The notes under the pieces: generated by a model
Told to the model about the DNA's origin: nothing
The model's input: only the letters and a program-made list of their open reading frames with translations
Database searches by the model: none
NCBI GenBank assembly: GCA_027320085.1
Contig: DAHVLZ010000011.1
Coordinates: 64,155-128,154, forward strand
Length of the DNA: 64,000 nt
Reading direction: 5' to 3'
Origin: Pseudomonadota bacterium
Lineage (GTDB): Bacteria; Pseudomonadota; Gammaproteobacteria; JAKAQQ01
Program-made: the position numbers and the translations under genes
Shown: positions 41,104 through 51,377 of the stretch, one piece after another
How the letters are laid out: each line of letters opens with the position of its first letter
How positions within the stretch are numbered: the first letter of the stretch is position 1

Positions 41104-42255
41104 TCAGCGCCCGGCAGCCGCCGGGACGAGGACGTGTCCCCTCCTGACGAAGGGGGGATGATGCCAGCGAACCGGGTGACGGCGATCGCGGATCACGGCC
41201 CAGGCCGTCTCCGGCTGCGGCCCCGTGATACGGGCCAGACCGATGGAGAAACCGAGGCTCGGCGCGTAGCTCCCGCTCGTCACGGTTCCCACCACCCGAC
41301 CGTCCGCATCGACGAGATCCTGGTGGGCCCGGAGCACACCCGCTCCGGTGAGGTACACCCCCACGAGCGCGCGTCCCACGCCCTCCCGACGCTCGGCCTC
41401 GAGGGCCGCCCGGCCGGCAAAATCGCGGTCGGCCGGTTCGAAGGCCACGGTCCAACCCAGGTTGGATTCGAGCGGGGAGGTGCTTTCATCCATGTCCTGG
41501 CCATAGAGGTTGAGCCCGGCCTCGAGTCTCAGGGTATCGCGGGAGCCGAGTCCGGCGGGGCGCACCCCGGACTCGATCCAGGTGCTGAAGGCCCGCCGCA
41601 ACAGATCGACCGGAAGCGCAATCTCGAAACCATCCTCTCCCGTATAGCCGGTCCGGCCGACAAAACCGAGCTCGGTCTCGAGCGCAGCAAACGTACGGAG
41701 CGCGGCCAGCCGTCCGGCCAGGGCGTCGCCGAAAAACGCGGGCAGCGCCCGCACCGCTTCCGGTCCCTGCAAGGCCAAAAGCCCGAGATCCGGCCGGGAG
41801 GTCAGGGTCACCTGGTAGGGCTGGGCCAGCGTGGCCAGCCGCTCGTGGTCGACCGCCTTGCGCGCGGCATTGAGCACCACCCGGTACCCTCCCCCCGCCA
41901 GCGCATAGACCACGAGGTCATCCACCACACCGCCCCGATCATTGAGAAGGCAACTGTAAAGGGCCCGTCCGGGAGCGATACGTCCCACATCATTGGCGAG
42001 CGCCTGTCGCAGAAACGGCGTGGCCTCGGGACCGGCCACATCCAGGATGCCCATGTGGGAGACGTCGAACAGTCCGGCCCCCCGGCGCACCGCCAGGTGC
42101 TCTTCGATCTGGGAACCGTAGTGAACCGGCATGAGATAGCCCGCAAAATCAACGAAACGGGCTCCGGCCTTCTGATGGAGATCGTAAAGCGGGGTAGTCT
42201 CGGCCACGGTCAAAGGCACTCTGCGGGCTGGAGGGACACCGGGAAACGCGGTCAT
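41104..42255 (-). CDS. gcvT: Glycine cleavage T protein (aminomethyltransferase)
   Basis: TPLYDLH, FDVSHMG, RTGYTGEDGFE, GLGSRDTLRLEAG. Start is 42255 or GTG 42207. Confidence 0.95.
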   Translation of the reverse strand: MTAFPGVPPARRVPLTVAETTPLYDLHQKAGARFVDFAGYLMPVHYGSQIEEHLAVRRGAGLFDVSHMGILDVAGPEATPFLRQALANDVGRIAPGRALYSCLLNDRGGVVDDLVVYALAGGGYRVVLNAARKAVDHERLATLAQPYQVTLTSRPDLGLLALQGPEAVRALPAFFGDALAGRLAALRTFAALETELGFVGRTGYTGEDGFEIALPVDLLRRAFSTWIESGVRPAGLGSRDTLRLEAGLNLYGQDMDESTSPLESNLGWTVAFEPADRDFAGRAALEAERREGVGRALVGVYLTGAGVLRAHQDLVDADGRVVGTVTSGSYAPSLGFSIGLARITGPQPETAWAVIRDRRHPVRWHHPPFVRRGHVLVPAAAGR

Positions 42256-42334
42256 GATAACCGATAAAGCAGGCCCCGCGGGAGGGAGGGAGCCCACACG
42301 CGGGCGTGTTAAACTGGGTCTTGGAGGTGTCGAA

Positions 42335-43168
42335 ATGGGACATGGGCATCGTTATGTGGCCAAGATCCCGGAAGCGGATGGGCGGATCCGTTACACCCCG
42401 GAGGAAGACGCCACCTGGAAGCTCCTCTTCGAACGCCAGTTGAAGATTCTCCCGGGCCGGGCCTGCCAGGAGTACCTCGATGCACTGACCGCCGTCGGTC
42501 TCCCGGCCGACCATATTCCGCAGTGCCGGGACCTCACCGAACGCCTCGGGGACTTCACCGGGATCACGATCACCGCCGTCCCGGCCCTCATTTCCAATGA
42601 ACGCTTCTTTGAACTCCTCGCCCAGGGCTCCTTTCCCTGCGCGACCTTCATCCGCACCCGAGACGAACTCGAGTACCTCGAGGAACCGGATGTGTTCCAT
42701 GAGGTCTTCGGTCACGTGCCCCTGCTCTCCGATCCGCGTTTTGCCGATTTCACGCGCGCCTACGGGCAGGCCGGACTGTCCTGCCGGACACCGGATGAAC
42801 AGGACGTCCTGGCCCGACTGTACTGGTTTACGATCGAGTTCGGCCTGATCCGGACGTCCTCCGGGATCCGGACCTATGGCGCGGGGGTGATCTCCTCGAT
42901 CGGGGAGACGGTCTACGCGACGGAAAGCCCGGTCCCGATCCGCTGTCCCTTTGATGCACTCACGGCCCTGAGGACTCCCTACCGGATCGACGTTTTCCAG
43001 TCCCAGTACTTCATGCTCGAGAGTTTCGACGAACTGTTCCGCGTGGCACAAAGTGACCTCATCGGACTCGTGCGTCAGGCCCAATCACTCGGGGATCTGC
43101 CTCCCCCCGCCCCGGTTGCTGCCGGCCCTTCCATCCGCCCGGAGAGACGCCATGAACGAACTCAGTGA
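42335..43168 (+). CDS. phhA: Phenylalanine 4-monooxygenase
   Basis: EPDVFHEVFGHVP (Fe His ligands), YWFTIEFGL, YGAGVISS, PYRIDVFQ. GGAGG RBS. Confidence 0.94.
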   Translation: MGHGHRYVAKIPEADGRIRYTPEEDATWKLLFERQLKILPGRACQEYLDALTAVGLPADHIPQCRDLTERLGDFTGITITAVPALISNERFFELLAQGSFPCATFIRTRDELEYLEEPDVFHEVFGHVPLLSDPRFADFTRAYGQAGLSCRTPDEQDVLARLYWFTIEFGLIRTSSGIRTYGAGVISSIGETVYATESPVPIRCPFDALTALRTPYRIDVFQSQYFMLESFDELFRVAQSDLIGLVRQAQSLGDLPPPAPVAAGPSIRPERRHERTQ

Positions 43169-43487
43169 AAAACGCTGCCTGCCTTGCGAGGGCGGAGTGG
43201 CACCCCTGACCCGTCCCGAAATCGAGCGCTACCTCAAAAAACTCCATCACAACTGGAAGGTCAACCCGGACGCCACGGAAATCGAGCGCATCTACACCTT
43301 CTCCAACTTCCACAACACGATGGCGTTCGTGAACGCTGTCGCCTGGATTGCGCACCAGGAAAACCACCATCCGGACCTCGAGGTGGGTTACAGCCGATGC
43401 CGGATCCGCTATTCAACCCACGCGATCGGCGGGCTGTCCGAAAACGACTTCATCTGCGCCGCCAAGGTGGACCGGCTGGGCAGCTGA
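43152..43487 (+). CDS. phhB: Pterin-4a-carbinolamine dehydratase
   Basis: CLPCEGG, ENHHPDL, STHAIGGLSENDFICAAK. Confidence 0.94.
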   Translation: MNELSEKRCLPCEGGVAPLTRPEIERYLKKLHHNWKVNPDATEIERIYTFSNFHNTMAFVNAVAWIAHQENHHPDLEVGYSRCRIRYSTHAIGGLSENDFICAAKVDRLGS

Positions 43488-43497
43488 GGGAGCCCCC

Positions 43498-44832
43498 TCA
43501 GGGCGGCGCTGAACGGCCGATCCCGTAGTACTGGAAACCAGCCCGTGCCATACGCGCGGGATCGTAGAGATTGCGTCCGTCGAAGACGACCGGTCGGGCA
43601 AGCAGGCGATGAAGCTGGTCGAGATCCGGGCTGCGGTAGATGGACCACTCGGTCACGAGAACCAGGGCATCGGCACCGGTGGCCGCCTCGAGGGGGGTCG
43701 TCGCCCAACAAATCGCCGGCATCTGGCCGAACCGAGGCCGGGCCCGGTCCATGGCCACAGGGTCGTGCACGCGCAGCTTTGCCCCGGCCTCGAGCAGGCG
43801 GTCGATCAAGACCAGGCTCGGCGCCTCCCGGAGATCGTCCGTCTGGGGCTTGTAGGACAGCCCCCAGAGCGCCAGGGTTCGGCCCGCCAGGCCGGACGCT
43901 GCAAAATGCGCACGGATCTTGCGGAACAGGATTTCCTTTTGATCCTGGTTGCGTCGTTCCACGGCATCGACGATCCAGGGATCGAGCCCCTGTTTCCGCA
44001 TGAGATGGCCGAGCGCACGGACATCCTTCGGAAAACAGGAGCCGCCGTAGCCGGCTCCGGCGTAGAGGAAGTGGTGGCCGATGCGGGGATCGAGCCCCAT
44101 GCCCTGACGCACGAGTTCAATGTCGGCACCGACGGCGTCAGCCAGTCCTGCCATCTCGTTCATGAAGCTGATCTTGGTGGCCAAAAAGGCGTTGGCCGCA
44201 TACTTGGTGAGTTCCGAGGAGGTGATGTCCATGCACAACAACCGGTCATGGTTGCGGTTGAACGGGCCGTAAGCCTCCCGGAGCAGTTCGCGGGCCCGCA
44301 CCCCACGGGTGCCAATCAGGATCCGGTCCGGCCGCATGAAGTCGGACACCGCCGCGCCTTCCTTCAGGAACTCGGGATTCGACGCCACATCGAATTCCAC
44401 GGAACAGGCCCGCCGGCCGAGGGCGGCACGGATCACCGCCTCCACCTGGGCGGTGGTTCCGACCGGTACGGTGGATTTCGTGATGACCACCCGGTAGTCC
44501 GTGAGGTGGGTCCCGATGGTTTCCGCAACCTCCAGCACATGGCGCACATCGGCCGCCCCATCGGCACCCGGCGGTGTCCCGACCGCGATGAAGAGCAGGA
44601 GGCCATGGGCCACACCCGCCGCCCCGTCCGTCCCGAAACGGAGCTGGCCGCGTGCCAGATTGTCGCGGACGAGCACGTCGAGCCCCGGTTCGTAGATCGG
44701 AATCTCGCCCCGCCGGAGCTTCTCGATCTTCCCGGGGTCCACATCGAGGCAGAGCACCTCGTGCCCGTTCTCGGCAAAACAGGCACCGGTGACCAGACCC
44801 ACATATCCGGTTCCGAAAATCGTAATCCGCAT
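43498..44832 (-). CDS. ugd: UDP-glucose 6-dehydrogenase
   Basis: GTGYVGL, KSTVPVGT, NPEFLKEG, GYGGSCFPKD. Confidence 0.93.
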   Translation of the reverse strand: MRITIFGTGYVGLVTGACFAENGHEVLCLDVDPGKIEKLRRGEIPIYEPGLDVLVRDNLARGQLRFGTDGAAGVAHGLLLFIAVGTPPGADGAADVRHVLEVAETIGTHLTDYRVVITKSTVPVGTTAQVEAVIRAALGRRACSVEFDVASNPEFLKEGAAVSDFMRPDRILIGTRGVRARELLREAYGPFNRNHDRLLCMDITSSELTKYAANAFLATKISFMNEMAGLADAVGADIELVRQGMGLDPRIGHHFLYAGAGYGGSCFPKDVRALGHLMRKQGLDPWIVDAVERRNQDQKEILFRKIRAHFAASGLAGRTLALWGLSYKPQTDDLREAPSLVLIDRLLEAGAKLRVHDPVAMDRARPRFGQMPAICWATTPLEAATGADALVLVTEWSIYRSPDLDQLHRLLARPVVFDGRNLYDPARMARAGFQYYGIGRSAPP

Positions 44833-44866
44833 CAGTGCCCCCCCCTCATGGAATAACGGCCCCGGA

Positions 44867-45478
44867 TCAGAAGAAGCAGCGCAACCGGAACACGAGCGCG
44901 TTCACGTCCGAGTTGTGATCGTAGTCGGTTGCCAGCTGGAACGGGCCGAGATTCAGACCAAAACCCAGAAAGGTCCCGATCCGCCGCGGCCCGAAATGCT
45001 GGTTGATCTCGCCGTAGACCCCGAAGTCGAGCTCGAGGACCTGTTTGATGTTCTGCCGGATGCCATAAGTCATCTTCCAGTAATCATCGACCCGGGCGAC
45101 ACCCGGGGGGTGCAGGGTCGAACGGACGAACTCCGCCGACAGGAAGGCGGAAGCCTGGCCCGTGGGGTTGGTGGCATAGCCCACGCCGAGTGCCGCCCGG
45201 TGTTCCAGCGTGTCCGTCCCCAGGACCTCGAGCCGGCGGTAGGACGCCATCAGGAAGCCGTTCTGGGTGAAGGCCCAGTCCAGCTTGACCCCGGGACCCC
45301 TGAGCTCATGGCCGAAATATTTCGAGTAACCGCCCATGTAGTCGCTCAGGCTGAGATAGGTCTGTCCCAGGTTGGGAGCCACTCCCAGGATCCCCGAGGA
45401 GGCGGCTCGTGCCTGCGGGAGTGCACTCAGCACAAGGCCGAAGAGGGGCAGGAGGAAAAATCGTGGGATACGGTTCAT
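44867..45478 (-). CDS. Putative small outer-membrane beta-barrel protein
   Basis: Signal peptide (MNRIPRFFLLPLFGLVLSALPQARA), alternating amphipathic strands, C-terminal Phe (VFRLRCFF). Confidence 0.7.
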   Translation of the reverse strand: MNRIPRFFLLPLFGLVLSALPQARAASSGILGVAPNLGQTYLSLSDYMGGYSKYFGHELRGPGVKLDWAFTQNGFLMASYRRLEVLGTDTLEHRAALGVGYATNPTGQASAFLSAEFVRSTLHPPGVARVDDYWKMTYGIRQNIKQVLELDFGVYGEINQHFGPRRIGTFLGFGLNLGPFQLATDYDHNSDVNALVFRLRCFF

Positions 45479-46716
45479 GAGCGAATCTCCGCGGGGTCGG
45501 GAGGAGGCGGGGTTTCGAGATGGAGCCTGCGGGCCCAGGGAGCCGATGTGGGCACCTGGACGACCACAGTGAGAATGATGACGGCGAAAACGGTGGCCGC
45601 CATCCGGGAGGCGTGGGGCAGGCCCGAGGCCAGCCACAGCCCGGCCAATGCAGCCGGCACCACCCCGGTCTCGCGGACCCAGCTCATAAACCAGAGTTGG
45701 GGGGCGCGCCAGCGGGCGCGGGGATCCCACGAGACCGTCAGCCAGACAACCAGTGGACGGATCACGAACATGAGGAGAAGTCCCAAGAGGAGGAACGAGG
45801 CCGCATGGATCCAGAATTCGGGCAGGAGCGTGCTGGCCAGTGCGCCCAGCAGAATGAACAGGGTGAGGCGCACCACCGTGAGGGTGGTGGTGCCGAAATG
45901 TTCCATTTCTTCCTGGTGCAGGCTGCCCCGGCTGCTCTCCCCCCGCCCGGACAGCACGCCAGCCACGAACACGGCGAGGAACCCGCTGCCCGAAAACTCG
46001 TGGGCACTCTCGAAAGCCGCGAGGGCAACCACAAATCCGAGCAGCACCGCGTAACGTGACAGGAACCCGAAGCGTTCATGGGTGACCAGGAAACGGAACA
46101 GGAGCCCTGCCCCGATCCCGGCACCCAAGCCGACCCCGAACTGGGTGGTGAGAAAGAGGAGACCGCCGCCCCAGGTCGGTGACGGAGAAGCGAGCAGGTG
46201 CATGCCCTCGAAAACCAGGAGGGCCGAAAAGACGTCATTCAGGGCAGCCTCGGCCACGAGGGTCTCGCGGAGGAGATCGGGTAGTCGCAGTCGGTCCGCC
46301 AGGGGAATCAAGACCGCGGGATCCGTTGAAGCCAGGGCACCGCCCAGAATGAGACTCAAGGGCCAGCCGAGATGCCACCACCTCTCGCTCCAGGCGGCGA
46401 TGAGCAGCGCGGTCACCACCACCCCCACCGTGGCGAGCATCGTCACGCTCACACCAACCCGCCGGAGAACCGGCATCCGCAGCGTCCGTCCCCCTTCGTA
46501 AAGGACCAGGCAGACCCCGAGAATGAAAAAATCCCGAACCCAGGACAGGTGAGCCGCCGGATTCACGAAACCGAGAAGGCGGGGACCCACGAGCACTCCC
46601 CCCACGAGACTCACCACGACTTCGGGCAGGCCAAGCCATTCGGAGAGGGCCAACGCGCCGATGGCAACACACAGCACGGCCGCCGTCGCGGCCAGAAGAC
46701 CGGTCGACGTGGTCAT
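45475..46716 (-). CDS. CPA1 cation:proton antiporter (NhaP-like)
   Basis: LYEGG, LATVGV, LASTDPA, EAALND, SGFLAVFVAG, RETGVVPAALA. Confidence 0.88.
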   Translation of the reverse strand: MTTSTGLLAATAAVLCVAIGALALSEWLGLPEVVVSLVGGVLVGPRLLGFVNPAAHLSWVRDFFILGVCLVLYEGGRTLRMPVLRRVGVSVTMLATVGVVVTALLIAAWSERWWHLGWPLSLILGGALASTDPAVLIPLADRLRLPDLLRETLVAEAALNDVFSALLVFEGMHLLASPSPTWGGGLLFLTTQFGVGLGAGIGAGLLFRFLVTHERFGFLSRYAVLLGFVVALAAFESAHEFSGSGFLAVFVAGVLSGRGESSRGSLHQEEMEHFGTTTLTVVRLTLFILLGALASTLLPEFWIHAASFLLLGLLLMFVIRPLVVWLTVSWDPRARWRAPQLWFMSWVRETGVVPAALAGLWLASGLPHASRMAATVFAVIILTVVVQVPTSAPWARRLHLETPPPPDPAEIRS

Positions 46717-47444
46717 GCTCCCGCCCGCTCCGGATCGAGGTCCGCACGCCAGACCAGCCGTCCCCCGCTTTGTTCGTCAATGCGGGCCAGCACGGCCCGG
46801 TGCCGGCTCCTATCGCCGGGATCCACCTGGACACGGGCGATGGACCGACGGGCGCCGCTGGCCGGAGCTCCCGGACGGGGATCTGTGGGAAGACCCGAAA
46901 GCTCGGTCCCGAAACCGAGTGCCGCCTGACCTCTCGTCATGGCCCGGTAGACCTCGGCCAGAAGGTACGCATCCAGGCGGGCGCCATGATGGTGCCGGTT
47001 CGACGTGTCGATGCCGAAACGCTGGCAGAGAGCCTCGAGGCTGTTGTTCTGTCCCGGGTACTGGCGCCGGGCCAGGGGCAGGGTGTCGAGCACGGAGCAG
47101 AGGCTCTCGATCGAGGTCACACGGGCCCCGACCCGTGCGAGCTCATGGTTCAGGAAGGCCAGGTCGAAGGGCGCGTTGTGGATGATGAGCTGGCTCCCGT
47201 CCACGAAATCCAGGAAGGCCTCGGTGATCTCGGCAAAGCCGGGCTTGCCGGCCAGATCTTCGTTGCGTAAGCCATGGACGGCCGTGGCGCCCGGATCAAT
47301 GGGTCGGCCAGGATCCAGGTAGTGCCAGAAATCCTGCCCCGTGGGACGGCGGTTGGCCAGCTCGATCGCCGCGATCTCGATGATGCGGTGATCCTGGTCC
47401 GGCAGGAGCCCGGTCGTTTCCGTATCGAGGACGATCTGCCGCAT
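46713..47444 (-). CDS. dnaQ: DNA polymerase III epsilon subunit
   Basis: VLDTETTG, IHNAPFD, HGARLDA. Confidence 0.95.
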   Translation of the reverse strand: MRQIVLDTETTGLLPDQDHRIIEIAAIELANRRPTGQDFWHYLDPGRPIDPGATAVHGLRNEDLAGKPGFAEITEAFLDFVDGSQLIIHNAPFDLAFLNHELARVGARVTSIESLCSVLDTLPLARRQYPGQNNSLEALCQRFGIDTSNRHHHGARLDAYLLAEVYRAMTRGQAALGFGTELSGLPTDPRPGAPASGARRSIARVQVDPGDRSRHRAVLARIDEQSGGRLVWRADLDPERAGA

Positions 47445-47448
47445 CGCG

Positions 47449-47910
47449 TCAACTCCGGGCGGGTGGACGGCCCGGTCCACCGATGGCGGAACGGGCCAGC
47501 CGGTCCACACGTTCATTGTAGCCGATGCCTTGATGTCCCCGGACCCATTGCCAGTCGATCGGCCGGGCTCCCAGCAATCCTTCAAGACGTTCCCAGAGGT
47601 CACGGTTGCGTACCGCTCCTCCCGCCGCCGTTCGCCAGCCGCGACGCTTCCAGTCCTCGAGCCAGCGGGTCACCCCATCCCGGACATAGCGGGAGTCGGT
47701 GTAGAGCACGACCGGCACCGGACCCTTGAGGGCCTGCAGGGCGGCAATCACCGCCGAGAGCTCCATGCGGTTGTTCGTGGTCAGCATCTCGTGACCGGTG
47801 AGGATCCGCTCGCGATCCCGCCACCTCAAAAGCGCGGCCCATCCGCCCGGTCCCGGGTTGCCGCTGCAGGCGCCATCGGTCCAGATCTCGACCCGCCCGT
47901 CCCCGACCAT
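47449..47910 (-). CDS. rnhA: Ribonuclease HI
   Basis: TDGACSGNPGPGG, TTNNRMEL, TDSRYV, WVRGH…NERVDRLA. Confidence 0.96.
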   Translation of the reverse strand: MVGDGRVEIWTDGACSGNPGPGGWAALLRWRDRERILTGHEMLTTNNRMELSAVIAALQALKGPVPVVLYTDSRYVRDGVTRWLEDWKRRGWRTAAGGAVRNRDLWERLEGLLGARPIDWQWVRGHQGIGYNERVDRLARSAIGGPGRPPARS

Positions 47911-48566
47911 CAGGCCACCCGGCGCGTGGGCCATGTGAGGGTGTTCGGCGAAAGACGGGGCCAGTCTCTTCCGGCCGGATGGAGGATGACGCCCGGCCGG
48001 ACCCGGCTCCGGAGCTCGACGGACAGAAGGGGGAGTTCCAAGCCCGGCCCTCGTGCTGTCCGGACGGTGGGTTTGTGCCTTTCAAAACCGAACCGGGCCA
48101 GTCCAGCACCGAAACCGCGTGGGGTCCGGGGCGGGAGCCGGAGACCGGGATCCACGAGATGACACAACCAGTGACCCAGCGGGTGAAATCCCAGGATCAA
48201 GAGCAATCCATCCGGCCCGAGCACCCGATCGGTTTCCACGAGCAGGCTCTCGGGGAGCGGCCAGTATTCGTGGGCATGCCGCCAGATGACGAGATCGGTC
48301 CCGCCCGTGGCGTAGGGCCAGCTCCGGCTCGTCCCCCGATGTCCGTCCGGCCAATAGGCGGGTGGCAGAACCCGAAGCTCCGCAAAGGGCAGGACCGGGA
48401 GCGTCCGGGCGGGCCATGCGTCGACCACGACGGACCGGCAGCCGCGCAGAGACGGGCCCACGCCTTCGATGAGCCTGCGCTCCTGCGCCGCGAAGCGCCG
48501 TTCAAGATCCAACCATCCTCCTCCGCCAGCCGGTATCGCCCGGGGAACCCGATCTGATAGGATCAT
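47910..48566 (-). CDS. YafS-like methyltransferase-domain protein (divergent)
   Basis: Conserved position between gloB and rnhA; WPYATGGTDLVIWRHAHE…LLVETDRVLGPDGLLLILGFHP. Start uncertain. Confidence 0.7.
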   Translation of the reverse strand: MILSDRVPRAIPAGGGGWLDLERRFAAQERRLIEGVGPSLRGCRSVVVDAWPARTLPVLPFAELRVLPPAYWPDGHRGTSRSWPYATGGTDLVIWRHAHEYWPLPESLLVETDRVLGPDGLLLILGFHPLGHWLCHLVDPGLRLPPRTPRGFGAGLARFGFERHKPTVRTARGPGLELPLLSVELRSRVRPGVILHPAGRDWPRLSPNTLTWPTRRVA

Positions 48567-48570
48567 GACC

Positions 48571-49362
48571 ATGATTGAAATCACGGCTCTCCCGGCACGC
48601 CGGGACAACTATATCTGGTTCATGGCCAATGGCCCAGAAGCTGTCGTGATCGATCCGGGGGAGGCGGAGCCGGTCCGTCGTCATCTCGAGCACGGGCATT
48701 ACCACCTCAAGGCTATCCTGCTCACCCACCACCATGGGGATCATACCGGGGGCGTCGAGGAACTGCTAGCCTCCCCCACCGGTCCGAGCCCCACGGTCTA
48801 TGGTCCGGACGGGGTTCTCCCCCACCCCGACCTCCGGCGGGTCGGGGAAGCGGATTCGATCAGGCTCTGGCCCGAACTCGAACTCACGGCACTCGCCGTT
48901 CCCGGCCATACCCTCGACCACCTGGCCTACTGCGGGCCCGACCTCCTCTTTCCGGGTGATACGCTCTTCAGTGCGGGATGCGGTCGGCTCTTCGAGGGCA
49001 CGGCCGGCCAACTCTTCGATTCGGTCGAGCGCCTGGGGCGCCTGCCGGGAACCACCCGGGTCTACCCGGCCCATGAATACACCCTCGACAACCTTGCCTT
49101 TGCCTCGGGGCTTGAACCGGATAACGCCTTGATTGCACAATATGCGAGCCTGGCCACAAGCGTGCGAATGAACCAGCAACCGACCCTGCCGACCTCAATC
49201 CAACGGGAACACGACGTCAATCCTTTCCTGAGGACGCGCGAGGCGGCGGTCCACGCAGCGGCCGAGCGACACGCCGGACGGGCCCTCGACGGACCGCTCG
49301 CGGTTTTCACGGTCCTCCGAAAATGGAAAGATACCTTCACCATGAACCAGCTCCCCGCATGA
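48571..49362 (+). CDS. gloB: Hydroxyacylglutathione hydrolase
   Basis: DNYIW, THHHGDHTGG, PGHTLDH, GDTLFSAGCGR, AHEYT, NPFLR. Confidence 0.95.
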   Translation: MIEITALPARRDNYIWFMANGPEAVVIDPGEAEPVRRHLEHGHYHLKAILLTHHHGDHTGGVEELLASPTGPSPTVYGPDGVLPHPDLRRVGEADSIRLWPELELTALAVPGHTLDHLAYCGPDLLFPGDTLFSAGCGRLFEGTAGQLFDSVERLGRLPGTTRVYPAHEYTLDNLAFASGLEPDNALIAQYASLATSVRMNQQPTLPTSIQREHDVNPFLRTREAAVHAAAERHAGRALDGPLAVFTVLRKWKDTFTMNQLPA

Positions 49363-51359
49363 AGCGCCATCTTCTCCTGATCCTCGCCGTCCTCGGCCTC
49401 ACCCTCGATGGATGTGCGCTCATCCCCGGCCTCTCCCCATCCCCCAACCACCCGCCGGTGGTCCACCGGCTCACCGCCCCGGTCTCCCGCAGTCTCACCG
49501 GACTGCCGCCCGGACAACCGCCCCCGCCCGATTACCTGTCAGGCCAGCCTCCCCCCGTTCACTGGAAGGATCTGGTCTTCAAGCCACACCCGGGAATCCG
49601 GAACCTCTGGCAAGTCATCCGCAGCGGTTTCCGCCTGCCCGACCTCATGAATGAGCGGGTCCGGGTCGAACTCAACTGGTATGCCCATCATCCCGGCTAC
49701 ATGGAACGGACCGCAACCCGGGCCAAGCCCTACCTCTACTACATCCTGAAAGCCGTCGAGAAACGGCACCTGCCGACCGAGATCGCCCTTCTGCCATTCA
49801 TCGAGAGCGCCTTCGACCCGTATGCGGATTCCGGGGCCAATGCCGCGGGACTCTGGCAGTTCATCCCGAGCACGGCCCTTCACTTCGGCATCCGCATCAA
49901 TTGGTGGTTCGACGGCCGCCGGGATCTCGTCGAGTCGACCCGATCAGCCCTGGATTTCCTCTCCGAGCTGCATGCCCAGTTCGGCAGCTGGTTGCTGGCA
50001 CTCGCCGCCTACAACTCAGGGGCGGTCACGGTCGAATACGCCATCCAGGAAAACCAGCGTCTGGGACGACCCACCGACTTCTGGGACCTCAACCTGCCCC
50101 GGGCAACCGAGGCCTATGTTCCCCAGTTGCTCGCGGTCCGGGACATCATCGCCCATCCTCACCGTTACGGCGTGAAGCTGCCCAAGATTCCCGATGTACC
50201 CTACCTCAGCGTGGTCAAGCTCAAGGGACAGATCGACCTGGGCCTGGCGGCCCGCCTGCTCGGCATGAACCTGCACAAGCTCTACCTGCTCAACCCGGGT
50301 TTCAATCGCTGGGCCACGGATCCCCTGGGACCCAACCGCCTGCTTGTACCGCAGAACCGCCTGGCCCGGTTCCTGGCCGGACTGCACAAGCTCGGCACCC
50401 GACAGCTCGTGGCCTGGGTGCCGTACCGGGTGGAACCCGGAAACACCCTGTCCGGGCTTGCCTTGCAGTTTGGAACGACCATCCACCAGTTGGAGGTCAA
50501 GAATCAACTCGGCTCCGACGTGATCGTGGCCGGGCGGCGTATCCTCGTGCCGTCCTCGATGAACCACCTCTCCCAGTACGTTCCCTTCGGTGCACCGACC
50601 GAGCAGGCAACCTCCGTGGCCATGGTTCCCTGGGGTGGAAACGAATATACGGTCCAGCCGGGTGATTCGCTGTGGACGATCGCCCAGCGCTATAACGTCC
50701 CGGTCGACTCGCTCGCCCGATGGAACCATCTGGCTCCAGGAGGCTTCCTGCATCCCGGTGAGCGCCTTGTCCTCGGGCAGGGGGCGGCATCCGATCCGGT
50801 CGCAATCCCCGCCGACGGGTACTACACGGTCGAGCCCGGGGACTCGCTCTGGACGATTGCCAACCATTTCGGTGTCCCGATGGCTTCCATTGCGCGCTGG
50901 AACCACCTGGGTTCAGGCTCGATCCTGCAGCCCGGGGAACGCCTCCGACTCAACGGGACCACCCCGGCACCGGAAACCGGCATCGTGAGCCGTGCCGTGA
51001 CCTACACGGTCCGGCCGGGCGATTCGCTGTGGACGATCGCCCAGCGCTACAATGTTCCGGTCAACTCGCTCGCCCAATGGAACCATCTGGCTCCGGGAGG
51101 CTTCCTGCATCCCGGTGAGCGTCTCGTCCTCGAATCGGACGCGAGCCCGACTCCGGTGACCCCGCAGGACGACGCGGTGGTGCGGCGCGTCACCTACATC
51201 GTGCGGCCCGGCGATTCCCTGTCCCAGATCTCCGCACGCTTCAATGTCACGACCGCAGAGCTCAGCAACTGGAACCACGTCTCACCCGGCCAGTTCATCT
51301 ATCCGGGCGAACAGCTCACGGTCTACGTCCAACAGCAGTCGGCCGGAAGCGGCGGCTAG
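49359..51359 (+). CDS. mltD: Lytic transglycosylase MltD-like with five LysM domains (lipoprotein)
   Basis: LPFIESAF, AAGLWQFIPST, ALAAYNSG; five Y-x-V-x-PG-[DN]-[ST]-L LysM starts. Confidence 0.9.
   Translation: MKRHLLLILAVLGLTLDGCALIPGLSPSPNHPPVVHRLTAPVSRSLTGLPPGQPPPPDYLSGQPPPVHWKDLVFKPHPGIRNLWQVIRSGFRLPDLMNERVRVELNWYAHHPGYMERTATRAKPYLYYILKAVEKRHLPTEIALLPFIESAFDPYADSGANAAGLWQFIPSTALHFGIRINWWFDGRRDLVESTRSALDFLSELHAQFGSWLLALAAYNSGAVTVEYAIQENQRLGRPTDFWDLNLPRATEAYVPQLLAVRDIIAHPHRYGVKLPKIPDVPYLSVVKLKGQIDLGLAARLLGMNLHKLYLLNPGFNRWATDPLGPNRLLVPQNRLARFLAGLHKLGTRQLVAWVPYRVEPGNTLSGLALQFGTTIHQLEVKNQLGSDVIVAGRRILVPSSMNHLSQYVPFGAPTEQATSVAMVPWGGNEYTVQPGDSLWTIAQRYNVPVDSLARWNHLAPGGFLHPGERLVLGQGAASDPVAIPADGYYTVEPGDSLWTIANHFGVPMASIARWNHLGSGSILQPGERLRLNGTTPAPETGIVSRAVTYTVRPGDSLWTIAQRYNVPVNSLAQWNHLAPGGFLHPGERLVLESDASPTPVTPQDDAVVRRVTYIVRPGDSLSQISARFNVTTAELSNWNHVSPGQFIYPGEQLTVYVQQQSAGSGG
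50646..51132 (+). repeat. Intragenic LysM duplication (50646-50775 vs 51003-51132)
   Basis: Two 130-bp copies with about 11 mismatches counted by eye; a more diverged third copy lies between them. Confidence 0.9.
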
Positions 51360-51377
51360 ACGGCCGGCGGAGCACCC

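Noticed and set aside
39391-42267. 958-aa plus-strand ORF
   Set aside because: Antisense shadow of gcvPA/gcvH/gcvT, expected in high-GC DNA; no domain motifs.
42256-42334. Glycine riboswitch ahead of gcvT
   Set aside because: The divergent gap to phhA is short and lacks the tandem aptamer motifs.
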